From Verrucomicrobiia bacterium (GTDB taxonomy: Bacteria > Verrucomicrobiota > Verrucomicrobiia > Limisphaerales > UBA1319), in the NCBI GenBank assembly GCA_963664225.1, contig OY760937.1:3040001-3104000 (forward strand): a stretch of 64,000 nucleotides of DNA, read 5' to 3'. Shown here piece by piece: positions 1 to 8,734 of this stretch. The position numbers were made by a program, and so were the translations under genes. The stretch's first letter is position 1. The number at the start of each line of letters is the position of its first letter. The notes under the pieces were generated by a model. The model made no database searches, was not told the DNA's origin, and saw only the letters and a list, made by a program, of their open reading frames with translations.

Positions 1-1
1 G

Positions 2-106
2 CAGAATAATGCCCTGAGCACGCGCCAAACCCAATCCAGCCAGTCCACGTCCTCTTCGACGTCGGGTAACAACCGCAGCTCGGGTGGCGGAGGCTTCGGA
101 AACTAG
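2..106 (+). CDS. 3' end of an upstream gene (partial), Ser/Thr/Gly-rich tail, possibly a secretin N-domain protein
   Basis: Frame open from position 2 (QNNALSTRQTQSSQSTSSSTSGNNRSSGGGGFGN*) to TAG at 104-106, 8 nt before the secretin ORF; product is a guess. Confidence 0.6.
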   Translation, partial: QNNALSTRQTQSSQSTSSSTSGNNRSSGGGGFGN

Positions 107-114
107 GAACCATC

Positions 115-1341
115 ATGAACCTGGCTAATAAAACCATTTTGAATAAAGAAAGAAATATGATTGCAAGGCATTTTCGATTTGCGGGCGTTCTGGCCCTGCT
201 CCTGGTGTTGTTCCTGGCCGACGCCACGCGCGTCCTGGCCCAGGCCACGCGCAGCGGCAGTTCAACCCGCAGCGGCAGCAGTTCCCGCTCGGGCTCCAGC
301 TCCCGCTCGTCCACGCGGGAATACAACTCCAACGGCATGATCGGTGATGCCATGATCAGCAGCGATCCCGAGACGCGCCGCATCATTGTGATCACCGACG
401 AAGACACCAATCTGAGCATCAGCCAGGTGGTGACCAATCTGGACCGGCCCAAGCCGCAGGTCCTCATCAAGGTCGTGTTCCTCGAGGTCACGCACAATGG
501 CGGTTCGGACATTGGTGTGGAAGGCAGTTACACCCACAAGATCAGCAACTCGACAACAGGGACTGTTTCAACGCTCTTCGGCGGAATGGCCCAGCAGACC
601 AGCGGCGGATTCTACAAGGTTCTCAGCGATGATTTTCAGGTGACCTTGCGGGCCATTCAAACGGCCGGAAAAACCGAGGTGCTCTCCCGCCCGTCGATTC
701 TGGCCCGGAATAATCAGCTGGCGACCATCATCGTGGGTCAGGAGATTCCCATCATCACGGCCACCCGGCTGGATATTAACAATAATCCCATCAACACCAT
801 TTCCTATCAGGACATCGGCATCATCCTGCGAGTGACCCCGTTCATCACCTCGGACAATCTGGTGGAAATGATCGTCTCGCCCGAGATTTCGAGCCTCACG
901 GACCAGACCGTGCCCATCGCCTCCAACGTCAGCGCGCCGGTCATTTCAAAGCGCTCCGCGGACACCGTGGTGGTCACACCCGACGGCTCGCCCGTGGTCA
1001 TCGGCGGTTTGATGCAGAACCAGAAGATCGAATCGGTGCAGAAAGTGCCGCTGCTGGGGGATATCCCATGGCTGGGGATGGCCTTCAAACGCACCATCAA
1101 AACGGACACAAAAACCGAGTTGATTATGATTCTGATTCCGCATATTGTACAGAAGCCCTCGCAACTGGCCGCCATGTCGGATCATGAGCGCGGGCAGAAC
1201 GAAATGACCCCCAAGGCCTTTTCTGAGAAGGAGCTCGACCGCTACATCGACACTCTGCCGGTGAAGACGGAGACAGTGCCTGGAACCGATCCCGTGCCAG
1301 ACACCACGAAGAAATCATCCAGCAAGAAGAAGAAAAAGTGA
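115..1341 (+). CDS. Type II secretion / type IV pilus secretin (GspD/PilQ family), short form
   Basis: Signal peptide (start may be ATG 157), LDRPKPQVLIKVVFLEV, LSRPSILARNNQLATIIVGQEIP, YQDIGIILRVTP, KVPLLGDIPWLGMAF, KTELIMILIPHIV are secretin C-domain motifs. Confidence 0.9.
   Translation: MNLANKTILNKERNMIARHFRFAGVLALLLVLFLADATRVLAQATRSGSSTRSGSSSRSGSSSRSSTREYNSNGMIGDAMISSDPETRRIIVITDEDTNLSISQVVTNLDRPKPQVLIKVVFLEVTHNGGSDIGVEGSYTHKISNSTTGTVSTLFGGMAQQTSGGFYKVLSDDFQVTLRAIQTAGKTEVLSRPSILARNNQLATIIVGQEIPIITATRLDINNNPINTISYQDIGIILRVTPFITSDNLVEMIVSPEISSLTDQTVPIASNVSAPVISKRSADTVVVTPDGSPVVIGGLMQNQKIESVQKVPLLGDIPWLGMAFKRTIKTDTKTELIMILIPHIVQKPSQLAAMSDHERGQNEMTPKAFSEKELDRYIDTLPVKTETVPGTDPVPDTTKKSSSKKKKK
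247..312 (+). repeat. Coding low-complexity repeat, about three RSGSS[S/T] units, in the secretin N-terminus
   Basis: TRSGSSTRSGSSSRSGSSSRSS in the translation. Confidence 0.7.
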
Positions 1342-1348
1342 CCCACAC

Positions 1349-2968
1349 ATGTTCGCGCGCAACAAACTAATCTTCCGCCTGCTGGTGGCTGTGTGGGCGG
1401 TCATCATCGTCTGGCAGGCGATGGAACATCACCGGGTGACGGAGCAGGCCCGAACGGCGGTCATCAGCCGCGCGCGCGACATCACGGGCACACTGGGGCT
1501 GGTCATCCGATCCCAGCGGCGGTTTGGCGCCATTGTTTCCAAACCCAGGCTCGAATCCGCCCTCAAAGAGCTGGTCAACTCCGACAAGCTCAAATCGATC
1601 GTTCTGCTCAATGCCTCCGGGGACGAGGTGGTTTCCGCGGGCGAACCAGTCGATTTGAACAACAAAGGCGTGCCTCAAAAGGATATTCACTGGGGCAAGA
1701 ACACCGTGACCATTGTGAACCTGGTGGATCTGGGGGCCTCGCTCCAGCAGGACGGCACCAATTCTGTTCCCACCATTGTCGTCACGGAGCCCAATCCCCG
1801 GGATATTCATCGGGACAACTGGCCCCGCTTTGGCCCCCCGCCTGCGGGCACGGGCCCCGGTGATGAAGGCGGCACCAACAGGCCCGCCCCCGATATGACG
1901 CGCACCAATATCCCCCCGCCGCCACCCAACATGGAGCATGGTGAAGACGGGCCCGGCGATGGTCCGCCCCCGCGCGACATGGTGCGCTCGAATATGCCGC
2001 CTCAGGACATGCGCCGCTTTGCGGGCCCCCGTTCCGGCTTTCGCCGTCCGCCCTGGATGAGCGAGGAGGAGTATAAATCGGTGATTGAGAAGAAGGGTTT
2101 GCACGGTCTGGCGGTGGTGCTCTCCACCATTGATTTTGAGGAGGCATCGATGCGCGATCTTTGGATGCGGCTGGTGATCTGCGGATTTGCCGGATTATCG
2201 GTCGTGAGTTTTGGACTGGCCTGGCGGAACCTGGTGAAGTCCTCCGAATTGCAGATGCGCCTGGTGCGCGCCCGTGAGGCCAATTCGCAGTTGCGCGAGA
2301 TGAACGTGGCGGCGGCGGGCCTGGCCCACGAGACCCGCAACCCGCTGAACATCATTCGCGGCCTGGCCCAGATGATTTCCAAGGCGCCGGATGTGCCGCA
2401 GGAAATCCGCCAGAAGTCCGTGGATATCACGGGCGAGGTGGACCAGGTCACGGTGCGGCTCAACGAATTCATCAATTATTCCAAGCCACGCGAGGTGCGC
2501 CGCTCCCCGGTGCTGGTCAGCGCGGTGGTCGCGGATGTGGCGCGTGCTCTCAAGAGCGACCTCGAGGACAAGGAGATCACACTGGAGCAGCGTGTGGAAG
2601 GCATCACGATCAACGCCGACCAGCAGTTGCTCCGTCAGGCGCTCTTTAACCTGGTGCTTAACGCGATCCAATCCGTGGAGCCCAAGGGCAGGATTGAGAT
2701 TGCCACGCGCAAATCCGGTCCGCAGGAGGCCTGTTTCGAGATCTCGGACAACGGTCCGGGCGTGCCGGAAAGCCAGCGCACCGAGATCTTCCGCCCCTAT
2801 TTCACGACCCGCGAAAAGGGCACCGGCCTGGGCTTGGCCATTGTCAAACAGATCGTCATGGTACATGGTTGGGAAATCGAGTGTCTGGCCAATGACGGCA
2901 AAGGCGCGCTATTCCGCGTCAGCCGCATTGAGCTGATCGCTCCCAAAACCGAACATGCCGCCAGCTAA
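1349..2968 (+). CDS. Two-component sensor histidine kinase (2 TM, Pro/Gly-rich periplasmic loop)
   Basis: H-box LAHETRNPL, N-box NLVLNAIQ, DNGPG, FTTREKGTGLGL. Confidence 0.92.
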   Translation: MFARNKLIFRLLVAVWAVIIVWQAMEHHRVTEQARTAVISRARDITGTLGLVIRSQRRFGAIVSKPRLESALKELVNSDKLKSIVLLNASGDEVVSAGEPVDLNNKGVPQKDIHWGKNTVTIVNLVDLGASLQQDGTNSVPTIVVTEPNPRDIHRDNWPRFGPPPAGTGPGDEGGTNRPAPDMTRTNIPPPPPNMEHGEDGPGDGPPPRDMVRSNMPPQDMRRFAGPRSGFRRPPWMSEEEYKSVIEKKGLHGLAVVLSTIDFEEASMRDLWMRLVICGFAGLSVVSFGLAWRNLVKSSELQMRLVRAREANSQLREMNVAAAGLAHETRNPLNIIRGLAQMISKAPDVPQEIRQKSVDITGEVDQVTVRLNEFINYSKPREVRRSPVLVSAVVADVARALKSDLEDKEITLEQRVEGITINADQQLLRQALFNLVLNAIQSVEPKGRIEIATRKSGPQEACFEISDNGPGVPESQRTEIFRPYFTTREKGTGLGLAIVKQIVMVHGWEIECLANDGKGALFRVSRIELIAPKTEHAAS

Positions 2969-4349
2969 AGGATCCGCAGACCATAACGAGGGGCCGTGCA
3001 TTCTGATCGTCGATGACGATGCGGGACAGCGCAGCCTGCTGGACTCCTTTTTGCGCGGCCAGGGTTTCCAAACCATCGTCGCCTCCTCCGGGGAAATGGC
3101 CCTTGAAGCCCTGGGCGTCCACCCCGTGAGCATGATGATTTCGGACGTTCGCATGCCGGGCATGACCGGTCTGGAAACCCTTCGCAAGGCCCGCCAACAG
3201 CATGCCGTCCTGCCCGTCCTGCTCGTCACCGCGTTTCCCGATGTGCGTGACGCCGTGGGGGCTATGCGCGATGGCGCGGTCAATTACCTGGAAAAACCGA
3301 TCGACCTGGACGAATTGCTGGCCACGGTGCGCAAAACCACCGGAATGGAAACGCCCGCCGCGCCCATACTGGCCCAGATGCCGCCGTTGCCCGAAGGAGT
3401 CGTGGCCATGAGCCCGCTCATGCAGGCCGTGTTCCGGGACGCCTTCCTGGTGGCCACCTCGGACAGCCGCATCCTCATCACCGGGGAAAGCGGCGTGGGC
3501 AAGGAAATCCTGGCCGACGTCATCCACGCCTGGAGTCCCCGCGCGGCGGGTCCGCTGATCAAAATGAATTGCGCAGCCATTCCCGAGAACCTGCTGGAGA
3601 GCGAGCTTTTCGGACACGAAAAAGGGGCGTTCACCGGCGCGGTCAGCCAGCGCATCGGGCGGTTCGAGGAAGCCAGCACAGGCACACTGCTCCTGGACGA
3701 GATTGCGGAACTCTCCTCCGGTCTCCAGGCCAAGCTCCTGCGCGCGGTTCAGGACGGGAAGTTTCAGCGCGTGGGTTCCAACAAGGAACTCCACACGCAC
3801 GCCCGCATTCTCGCCGCCACGAATCGGAATCTGGAGAAGGAAGTGGAGCAGGGGCGGTTTCGCGAGGATTTGTTCTACCGCCTGAATGTCATTGAACTTT
3901 TCGTTCCGCCGCTGCGCGAACGCGTGGCGGACATTGTGCCACTGGCGGGCCAATTTGTGGCTTCATTTTCAAATCGCCGGGCCCGCTTTTCCGCCGCGGT
4001 CATCCAGGTGCTCGAGCATTATTCCTGGCCGGGAAACGTGCGCGAACTGCGCAACGCCATGGAACGGGCCACCCTGCTCGCCCACGGTGAATTGATCCTG
4101 CCGGACCACCTGCCCATGCGGATGCGCCAGCCAGCGCCCGGCGTGGCCGTCCCCGATGGTTCGCAACCCGGCCCGGCCAGTCAATCCAGTCAATTGGAAG
4201 ACCTGGAACGCCAGGCCATTCTGCAGGCCCTGAGCGATCATCGCTACAACCGCACGGAAACCGCCAAGGCCCTGGGCATCAGCCGCCGCGCCCTCACCTA
4301 TAAAATCCAGTATCTCAAGGAAGCCGGTTTCCAGACCGATCCGGTGTGA
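2955..4349 (+). CDS. Sigma54-dependent response regulator (REC-AAA+-Fis HTH, NtrC family)
   Basis: ILIVDDD, DVRMPG, GESGVGKE, GAFTGA, WPGNVREL, C-terminal HTH; overlaps the kinase stop. Confidence 0.95.
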   Translation: MPPAKGSADHNEGPCILIVDDDAGQRSLLDSFLRGQGFQTIVASSGEMALEALGVHPVSMMISDVRMPGMTGLETLRKARQQHAVLPVLLVTAFPDVRDAVGAMRDGAVNYLEKPIDLDELLATVRKTTGMETPAAPILAQMPPLPEGVVAMSPLMQAVFRDAFLVATSDSRILITGESGVGKEILADVIHAWSPRAAGPLIKMNCAAIPENLLESELFGHEKGAFTGAVSQRIGRFEEASTGTLLLDEIAELSSGLQAKLLRAVQDGKFQRVGSNKELHTHARILAATNRNLEKEVEQGRFREDLFYRLNVIELFVPPLRERVADIVPLAGQFVASFSNRRARFSAAVIQVLEHYSWPGNVRELRNAMERATLLAHGELILPDHLPMRMRQPAPGVAVPDGSQPGPASQSSQLEDLERQAILQALSDHRYNRTETAKALGISRRALTYKIQYLKEAGFQTDPV

Positions 4350-4438
4350 GCCGGGGCGTAGGAATCGCATTCGCCGCGGCGAATGATTACGGGTGCATGG
4401 GATTTTCGGGTGGTGTTATTTCCAAAGGAATTGATGCA

Positions 4439-4529
4439 ACTCCTTCGGAGTAGGGTTGGGGGGCTGCTTCCCGGGGTAGCCCTCGGCGGGCAACTCCGGG
4501 CTGTGTGATTTTCATTCTTTCAGAATGAA
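4439..4529. repeat. Triple-hairpin REP/MITE-like element between convergent genes
   Basis: ACTCC-TTC-GGAGT (4439-4451), CCCGGGGTAGCCC-N5-GGGCAACTCCGGG (4470-4500), TTCATTCT-TTC-AGAATGAA (4511-4529). Confidence 0.6.
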
Positions 4530-4564
4530 CCAAGGGGATGGCAATGGAGGCCTCTCCGCAGTTC

Positions 4565-5263
4565 TCAAATTGCCGAGCGGCGCTGCAAGGCCGCCTGTCG
4601 GAAGTGGCCACCGCGTGGGGTTGGCTGGGGCAGGGCATGTGTTTTGGCGGCGGTGCAGCCGCAGCGCACCTGATCCCGGCATTTGGCCACCGGGGTGCGC
4701 CGGGCGTATGCGGTTATGGATTCAAAGGTGTCCAGCCCCGCGGATTCCAATCGCTGGCGGTAAACTTTCTCGAATAACTCCACGACGGCCATAACGTCGT
4801 TCTTGGCCTGGTGGCTCTGACTCGGAGTCAGGTGAAAGCACTGTTTGAGGACATCGAGGCGGCAACTGCTGGTTTCCGTCACCAGTCTGCGTGCCAGCAT
4901 CATGCTGCAAAAGCCCCGCTGCCCAATCCGGGGAACGCCCAGTCTCGTCCACTCCGGCTCAAGGCATCGGTTCCAGTCGAAGCTCAGATTATGCGCCACC
5001 AGCGGGTAGTCTCGGGCGTAGTCTCGAAAGGCTTCATGGACATGACGCGGCTCCTGGCCGTGCCTCCGCAAATATTCCCGGGTGTAGCCGTGAACCGCGA
5101 CCGCCTCCGGTGGTATCGGCACATCGTGATTGAGCCACATTTGAAACGGCTCGCCGACCCGCTCCCAGCCCTCCATCAACTGGCCGGACAGTTCAACGAC
5201 GTGGATGGGATCCAAAAGGCCGTCGGTCTCGGTATCGATGATGACCCAGCGTGTTCTTTTCAT
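4565..5263 (-). CDS. DEDDh 3'-5' exonuclease (DnaQ/RNase T-like)
   Basis: ExoI DTETDG, AVAVHG, ExoII AHNLSFD, ExoIII HQAKNDV. Confidence 0.85.
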   Translation of the reverse strand: MKRTRWVIIDTETDGLLDPIHVVELSGQLMEGWERVGEPFQMWLNHDVPIPPEAVAVHGYTREYLRRHGQEPRHVHEAFRDYARDYPLVAHNLSFDWNRCLEPEWTRLGVPRIGQRGFCSMMLARRLVTETSSCRLDVLKQCFHLTPSQSHQAKNDVMAVVELFEKVYRQRLESAGLDTFESITAYARRTPVAKCRDQVRCGCTAAKTHALPQPTPRGGHFRQAALQRRSAI

Positions 5264-5500
5264 GGCATGGTGCCTTGGGTGAGCCTGTCTTCCTTGGAGG
5301 CTCCAGATCGCTTCAAACGATCGAGGATATCGAGTGCCTTCTGTTTCATCGGGTGCGATGTTAGAAGAAACGCGCTGAAAAACAACAATGGATCTTCACC
5401 CGACGGATATGGGGGTGCAGGGCAAAATTCAGGAAGCTGGTAGAAGCCTAAACCGTACGAACCCAGCCAGGACTCCAGTCTGCGATGTGGGGCATGTAAT

Positions 5501-5590
5501 CCGACGCGGCGGTATCCTCCAAACCGTGCAATAAAACCAGGGCTCGCAATACTTCTCCCTCTCCGCTCTGGGGAGAGGGGCGGGGTGAGG
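5501..5590 (+). repeat. Diverged third copy of the DUF559-flanking hairpin repeat
   Basis: acgcggcgg...gctcgcaatacttctCCCTCTCC-gctctg-GGGAGAGGGgcggggtgagg matches 7150-7240. Confidence 0.75.
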
Positions 5591-5733
5591 TGGCTTTTCG
5601 GTTCCCATCATTCCCGTCCAAATACACCAGCAACCCCCAATTCCTCCTTCTTTTGGAGAAGGCCGGGATGAGAATTCCCCTAAACAGAAATTTCGCGCAT
5701 TGAACCCCTGAACCATGTATTTATGCAAGTTTC

Positions 5734-5908
5734 TTGTAATGAAAGACATCCCACTTTGGGTTCATGGGGAGGGCGGTCGTCCTTTCAAATCTGACTTTTG
5801 CCGGACCCTCAATCGGCGTCCGCCCATTCCCGAAACTCTTACTATATTTGTTTCGTATATACTCACATGCCCTTTTTAAGGACTTTTCGCTTACCGAAGA
5901 ATTTTGTC
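5734..5908 (+). repeat. ~175-bp element upstream of the GH43 gene (copy 1)
   Basis: Aligns by eye to 8467-8642 with about 20 mismatches and 1 gap. Confidence 0.9.
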
Positions 5909-6007
5909 CTGTGCCCCGGATATGGCCGATCCCCGTGAATTGTGCCAGGCCGGATCGAAGAGCCGTTCGAAAAAGTCAGCACCAGGGATTGCGCAAATGC
6001 CAAAACA

Positions 6008-7084
6008 ATGATGATAATCCGGCCCATGATGAAACTGCATTGGATGGGCTTGCAGGCGGCGCTCTACACGACGCTCTGCACGGCGGTCTGGGTGTTGGCG
6101 GGCGCGTGTGTTGCATTCGGCCAGTCCGCGGCGCCCGTGAAGTCTGTTGAGGGATCGAGCGTGGAAGCGCCCCGGTCGGGCAACCCCATTCTCCACGGCT
6201 GGTATGCGGATCCCGAGGCCACGGTCTTTGGGAACCGCTATTGGATCTATCCCACCTTCTCGGCCCTTTACGACGAGCAGTTGCACTTCGACGCCTTTTC
6301 CTCGCCGGACCTCGTGCATTGGACGACGCACGCGCGCATTCTCGACAACAAGGAAATCCGCTGGGCCAAACGCGCCATGTGGGCGCCCGCCGCCGTGGAG
6401 CGGAACGGAAAATACTACCTGTTCTTCGGCGCGAACGACGTGCACGAGGGCGAAATCGGCGGGATTGGTGTTGCGGTGGCGGATCGGCCGGAGGGACCGT
6501 TCAAGGATTTGCTGGGCAAGCCGCTGGTCAACCAGATCGTCAACAAGGCGCAGCCCATCGACCAGTTTGTGTTCCAGGACAAGGACGGCCAGGATTACCT
6601 GATCTACGGCGGGTGGTCGCACTGCAACATCGCGCGGTTGAAGGCGGACTTCACCGGCCTGGTTCCGTTTGCCGATGGGACCACGTTCAAGGAGATCACG
6701 CCGGAGCGTTACGTCGAGGGTCCCTGCATGTTTATCCGCAATGGCAGGTATTACTTCATGTGGTCCGAGGGCGGCTGGACCGGCCCGAATTATTCGGTGG
6801 CCTACGCCATCGGCGATTCCCCGCTCGGCCCGTTCAAGCGCATCGGGAGGATTCTCCAGCAGGATCCGCAGGTGGCCACCGGCGCGGGGCACCATTCGGT
6901 CATCAAGGTTCCAGGGGCGGATGAGTATTACATCGTTTACCATCGTCGGCCGTTGACCGAAACCGACGCAAACCACCGGGAGACCTGCATTGAGCGGATG
7001 GAGTTCGATGGAGAGGGCTTCATCAAACCGGTCAAAATCACCCGGGAGGGAGTCGCCAGCAGGCCCCTGAACGCAGCGCGCTGA
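6008..7084 (+). CDS. Glycoside hydrolase family 43 (arabinanase/arabinofuranosidase-like), secreted
   Basis: NPILHGWYADP, WAP, IDQFVF, EGP, GHHSV five-bladed propeller motifs; signal peptide; start uncertain (5942/6008/6026). Confidence 0.9.
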   Translation: MMIIRPMMKLHWMGLQAALYTTLCTAVWVLAGACVAFGQSAAPVKSVEGSSVEAPRSGNPILHGWYADPEATVFGNRYWIYPTFSALYDEQLHFDAFSSPDLVHWTTHARILDNKEIRWAKRAMWAPAAVERNGKYYLFFGANDVHEGEIGGIGVAVADRPEGPFKDLLGKPLVNQIVNKAQPIDQFVFQDKDGQDYLIYGGWSHCNIARLKADFTGLVPFADGTTFKEITPERYVEGPCMFIRNGRYYFMWSEGGWTGPNYSVAYAIGDSPLGPFKRIGRILQQDPQVATGAGHHSVIKVPGADEYYIVYHRRPLTETDANHRETCIERMEFDGEGFIKPVKITREGVASRPLNAAR

Positions 7085-7128
7085 CGCCATCCGCAGACAC
7101 GCCCCAATGCCTTTTTTATTTCATTGTC

Positions 7129-7245
7129 CATTCCTCCGTTCGCCAAGCCCACGCGGCGGCACCTTCCCAACCGCCCAATAAACCCGCCGCTCGCAATACT
7201 TCTCCCTCTCCGTCGCCAGATGGAGAGGGCCGGGGTGAGGCTCTC
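7129..7245 (+). repeat. Left direct repeat flanking the DUF559 gene, containing a CCCTCTCC/GGAGAGGG hairpin
   Basis: First 34 bp identical and last 52 bp 51/52 identical to 7772-7889. Confidence 0.92.
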
Positions 7246-7288
7246 CTTTTCTATTCCATACACGGACATTGAATGCTACAATTCACTC

Positions 7289-7687
7289 ATGTCCAGCGCC
7301 GCCTGTGCTTTTCGTAAGAAGCCCACTTGGGCCGGACACCTTGTTTGGAGCTGGCTGCGTGACAGGCGGTTCAGCGCCTTCAAATTCCGTCGGGAACATC
7401 CCATGGGAAAATACTTCCTGGATTTTTACTGCGCTGAAGCCTGTCTCTCGATTGAACTCGACGGCGGACATCACGGATATCCTGAACAACAGGCTCACGA
7501 TGCCGAACGGACGAAATTCCTCACTGCACTGGGCATCAAAGAGCTGCGCTTCTGGAACTCACACTTGAGGCGCGACAAACAGGCGATTCGCGACACGATA
7601 TTCCGAGAGTTACAGGAGCGCGCACCGCATCCGCTTCCTCATTACACCCGGCCAATGACCCTGCCCGACAAATCTGGATCAATTTGA
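7289..7687 (+). CDS. DUF559 / Vsr-like endonuclease domain protein
   Basis: FRKKPTWA..LVWSWLRDRRF..FKFRREHP...YFLDFYC....LSIELDGGHH...HDAERT..L...GIKELRFWN. Confidence 0.85.
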   Translation: MSSAACAFRKKPTWAGHLVWSWLRDRRFSAFKFRREHPMGKYFLDFYCAEACLSIELDGGHHGYPEQQAHDAERTKFLTALGIKELRFWNSHLRRDKQAIRDTIFRELQERAPHPLPHYTRPMTLPDKSGSI

Positions 7688-7771
7688 GATCAAAACAAAA
7701 AACAGCCCTTGTGGAGACATTAACAGTGTTTAGCCATCCCCACTCAAACCCAGATAGCGGCATTCCAGTTT

Positions 7772-7889
7772 CATTCCTCCGTTCGCCAAGCCCACGCGGC
7801 GGCACTTTCCAAACCATCCAATTGTTCCAGAACCGTCCAATACTCCTCCCTCTCCGTCGCCAGATGGAGAGGGCCGGGGTGAGGCTCTC
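7772..7889 (+). repeat. Right direct repeat flanking the DUF559 gene
   Basis: Matches 7129-7245. Confidence 0.92.
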
Positions 7890-8019
7890 TGGTTTGAACT
7901 GCTGGGGCATTCAATACCTCATGCGTCCCCACCCGGCGTCCGGGGTTCGTCATTGCAGTTCGGTTGATTAAGAAACCGCCGCGTGCGTCGCCCCACGGAT
8001 CGCGACGTCCAAGGCTTCT

Positions 8020-8043
8020 GTATGGAGTCCCGTCTTTAGACGG
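8020..8043 (+). repeat. Short REP-like palindrome (GTATGGAGTCCC-tagged)
   Basis: GTATGGAGTC-CCGTCT-TT-AGACGG; related copy on the minus strand at 55177-55200. Confidence 0.55.
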
Positions 8044-8161
8044 CACAGTGCGCAAAAGCGAGTGTTCATGAATATTTTTAAACCTCTCGATAATCCGAAA
8101 ACCTTCGCGAAATCCCCAAGCTCACCATTGCTCTGTCTCCCATTCAAACGATTCCCTCCAA

Positions 8162-8264
8162 GCATCCCGGCAGGGATGCCAGCGATTAGCCGGGGGTCGA
8201 GGTCGTCCGCGACCGACACCCCCGGACACGCACCCCCAAACGATCACGATCCCGGCAGGGATCG
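8162..8264 (+). repeat. Triple-hairpin REP/MITE-like element
   Basis: GCATCCC-GGCA-GGGATGC, CCGGGGGT...GGTCG-tccg-CGACC...ACCCCCGG, CGATCCC-GGCA-GGGATCG. Confidence 0.75.
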
Positions 8265-8466
8265 CAGACCCTTTTCAATGAGGTCGTGCGTCCCCGCCCG
8301 GTCAATCGCAATCAAGAACTCCGTAGGACCACCACGTTTATCCAACTTTAAAACCTCCATTTTCAATTATCCATTTCCTTCCTCGTCCGTGATATCAGTG
8401 GTTAAAAATCCTGCTCATCCTGCTTATTCATGTTGATATTTTTTCACCCACTTCTTTCCATGTAAT

Positions 8467-8642
8467 TTGTAACGAGTGACATCGCACTTTGGGTTCATGG
8501 GGAGGGCGGTCGTCCTTTCAGATCTGACTTTTGCCGGACCCTCAATCGGTCCCCGGCCATTCCCGAAGCTCTTGATAAATTTGTTTCGTATAGACTCACA
8601 GGCCCTTTTAAAGGTCTTTTTCGCTTGCCGAAGAATTCTGTC
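8467..8642 (+). repeat. ~175-bp element upstream of the GH106-like gene (copy 2)
   Basis: Aligns to 5734-5908. Confidence 0.9.
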
Positions 8643-8734
8643 ATGCACCCGTGGCAGGCTGAGCGATTGGATTTGCCACCAAAGCACGATCCCATTAAGA
8701 ATGGCGCTGTTGCATCCACACCGCCTTGAAATCC

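Noticed and set aside
5764..6150. ORFs beginning MGRAVVLS (5764-6150 and within 8476-8820) that look like paralogs
   Set aside because: The similarity is only the translated 175-bp repeat; frames diverge after an indel and overlap real genes
7124..7288. N-terminal extension of the DUF559 ORF (ILLPLRRQMERAGVR) and the similar ORF 7684-7971
   Set aside because: Translation of the flanking hairpin repeat, not protein sequence
5500..8650. Possible CRISPR array among the repeats
   Set aside because: Repeats are long, few and irregularly spaced, with no repeat-spacer periodicity and no cas genes
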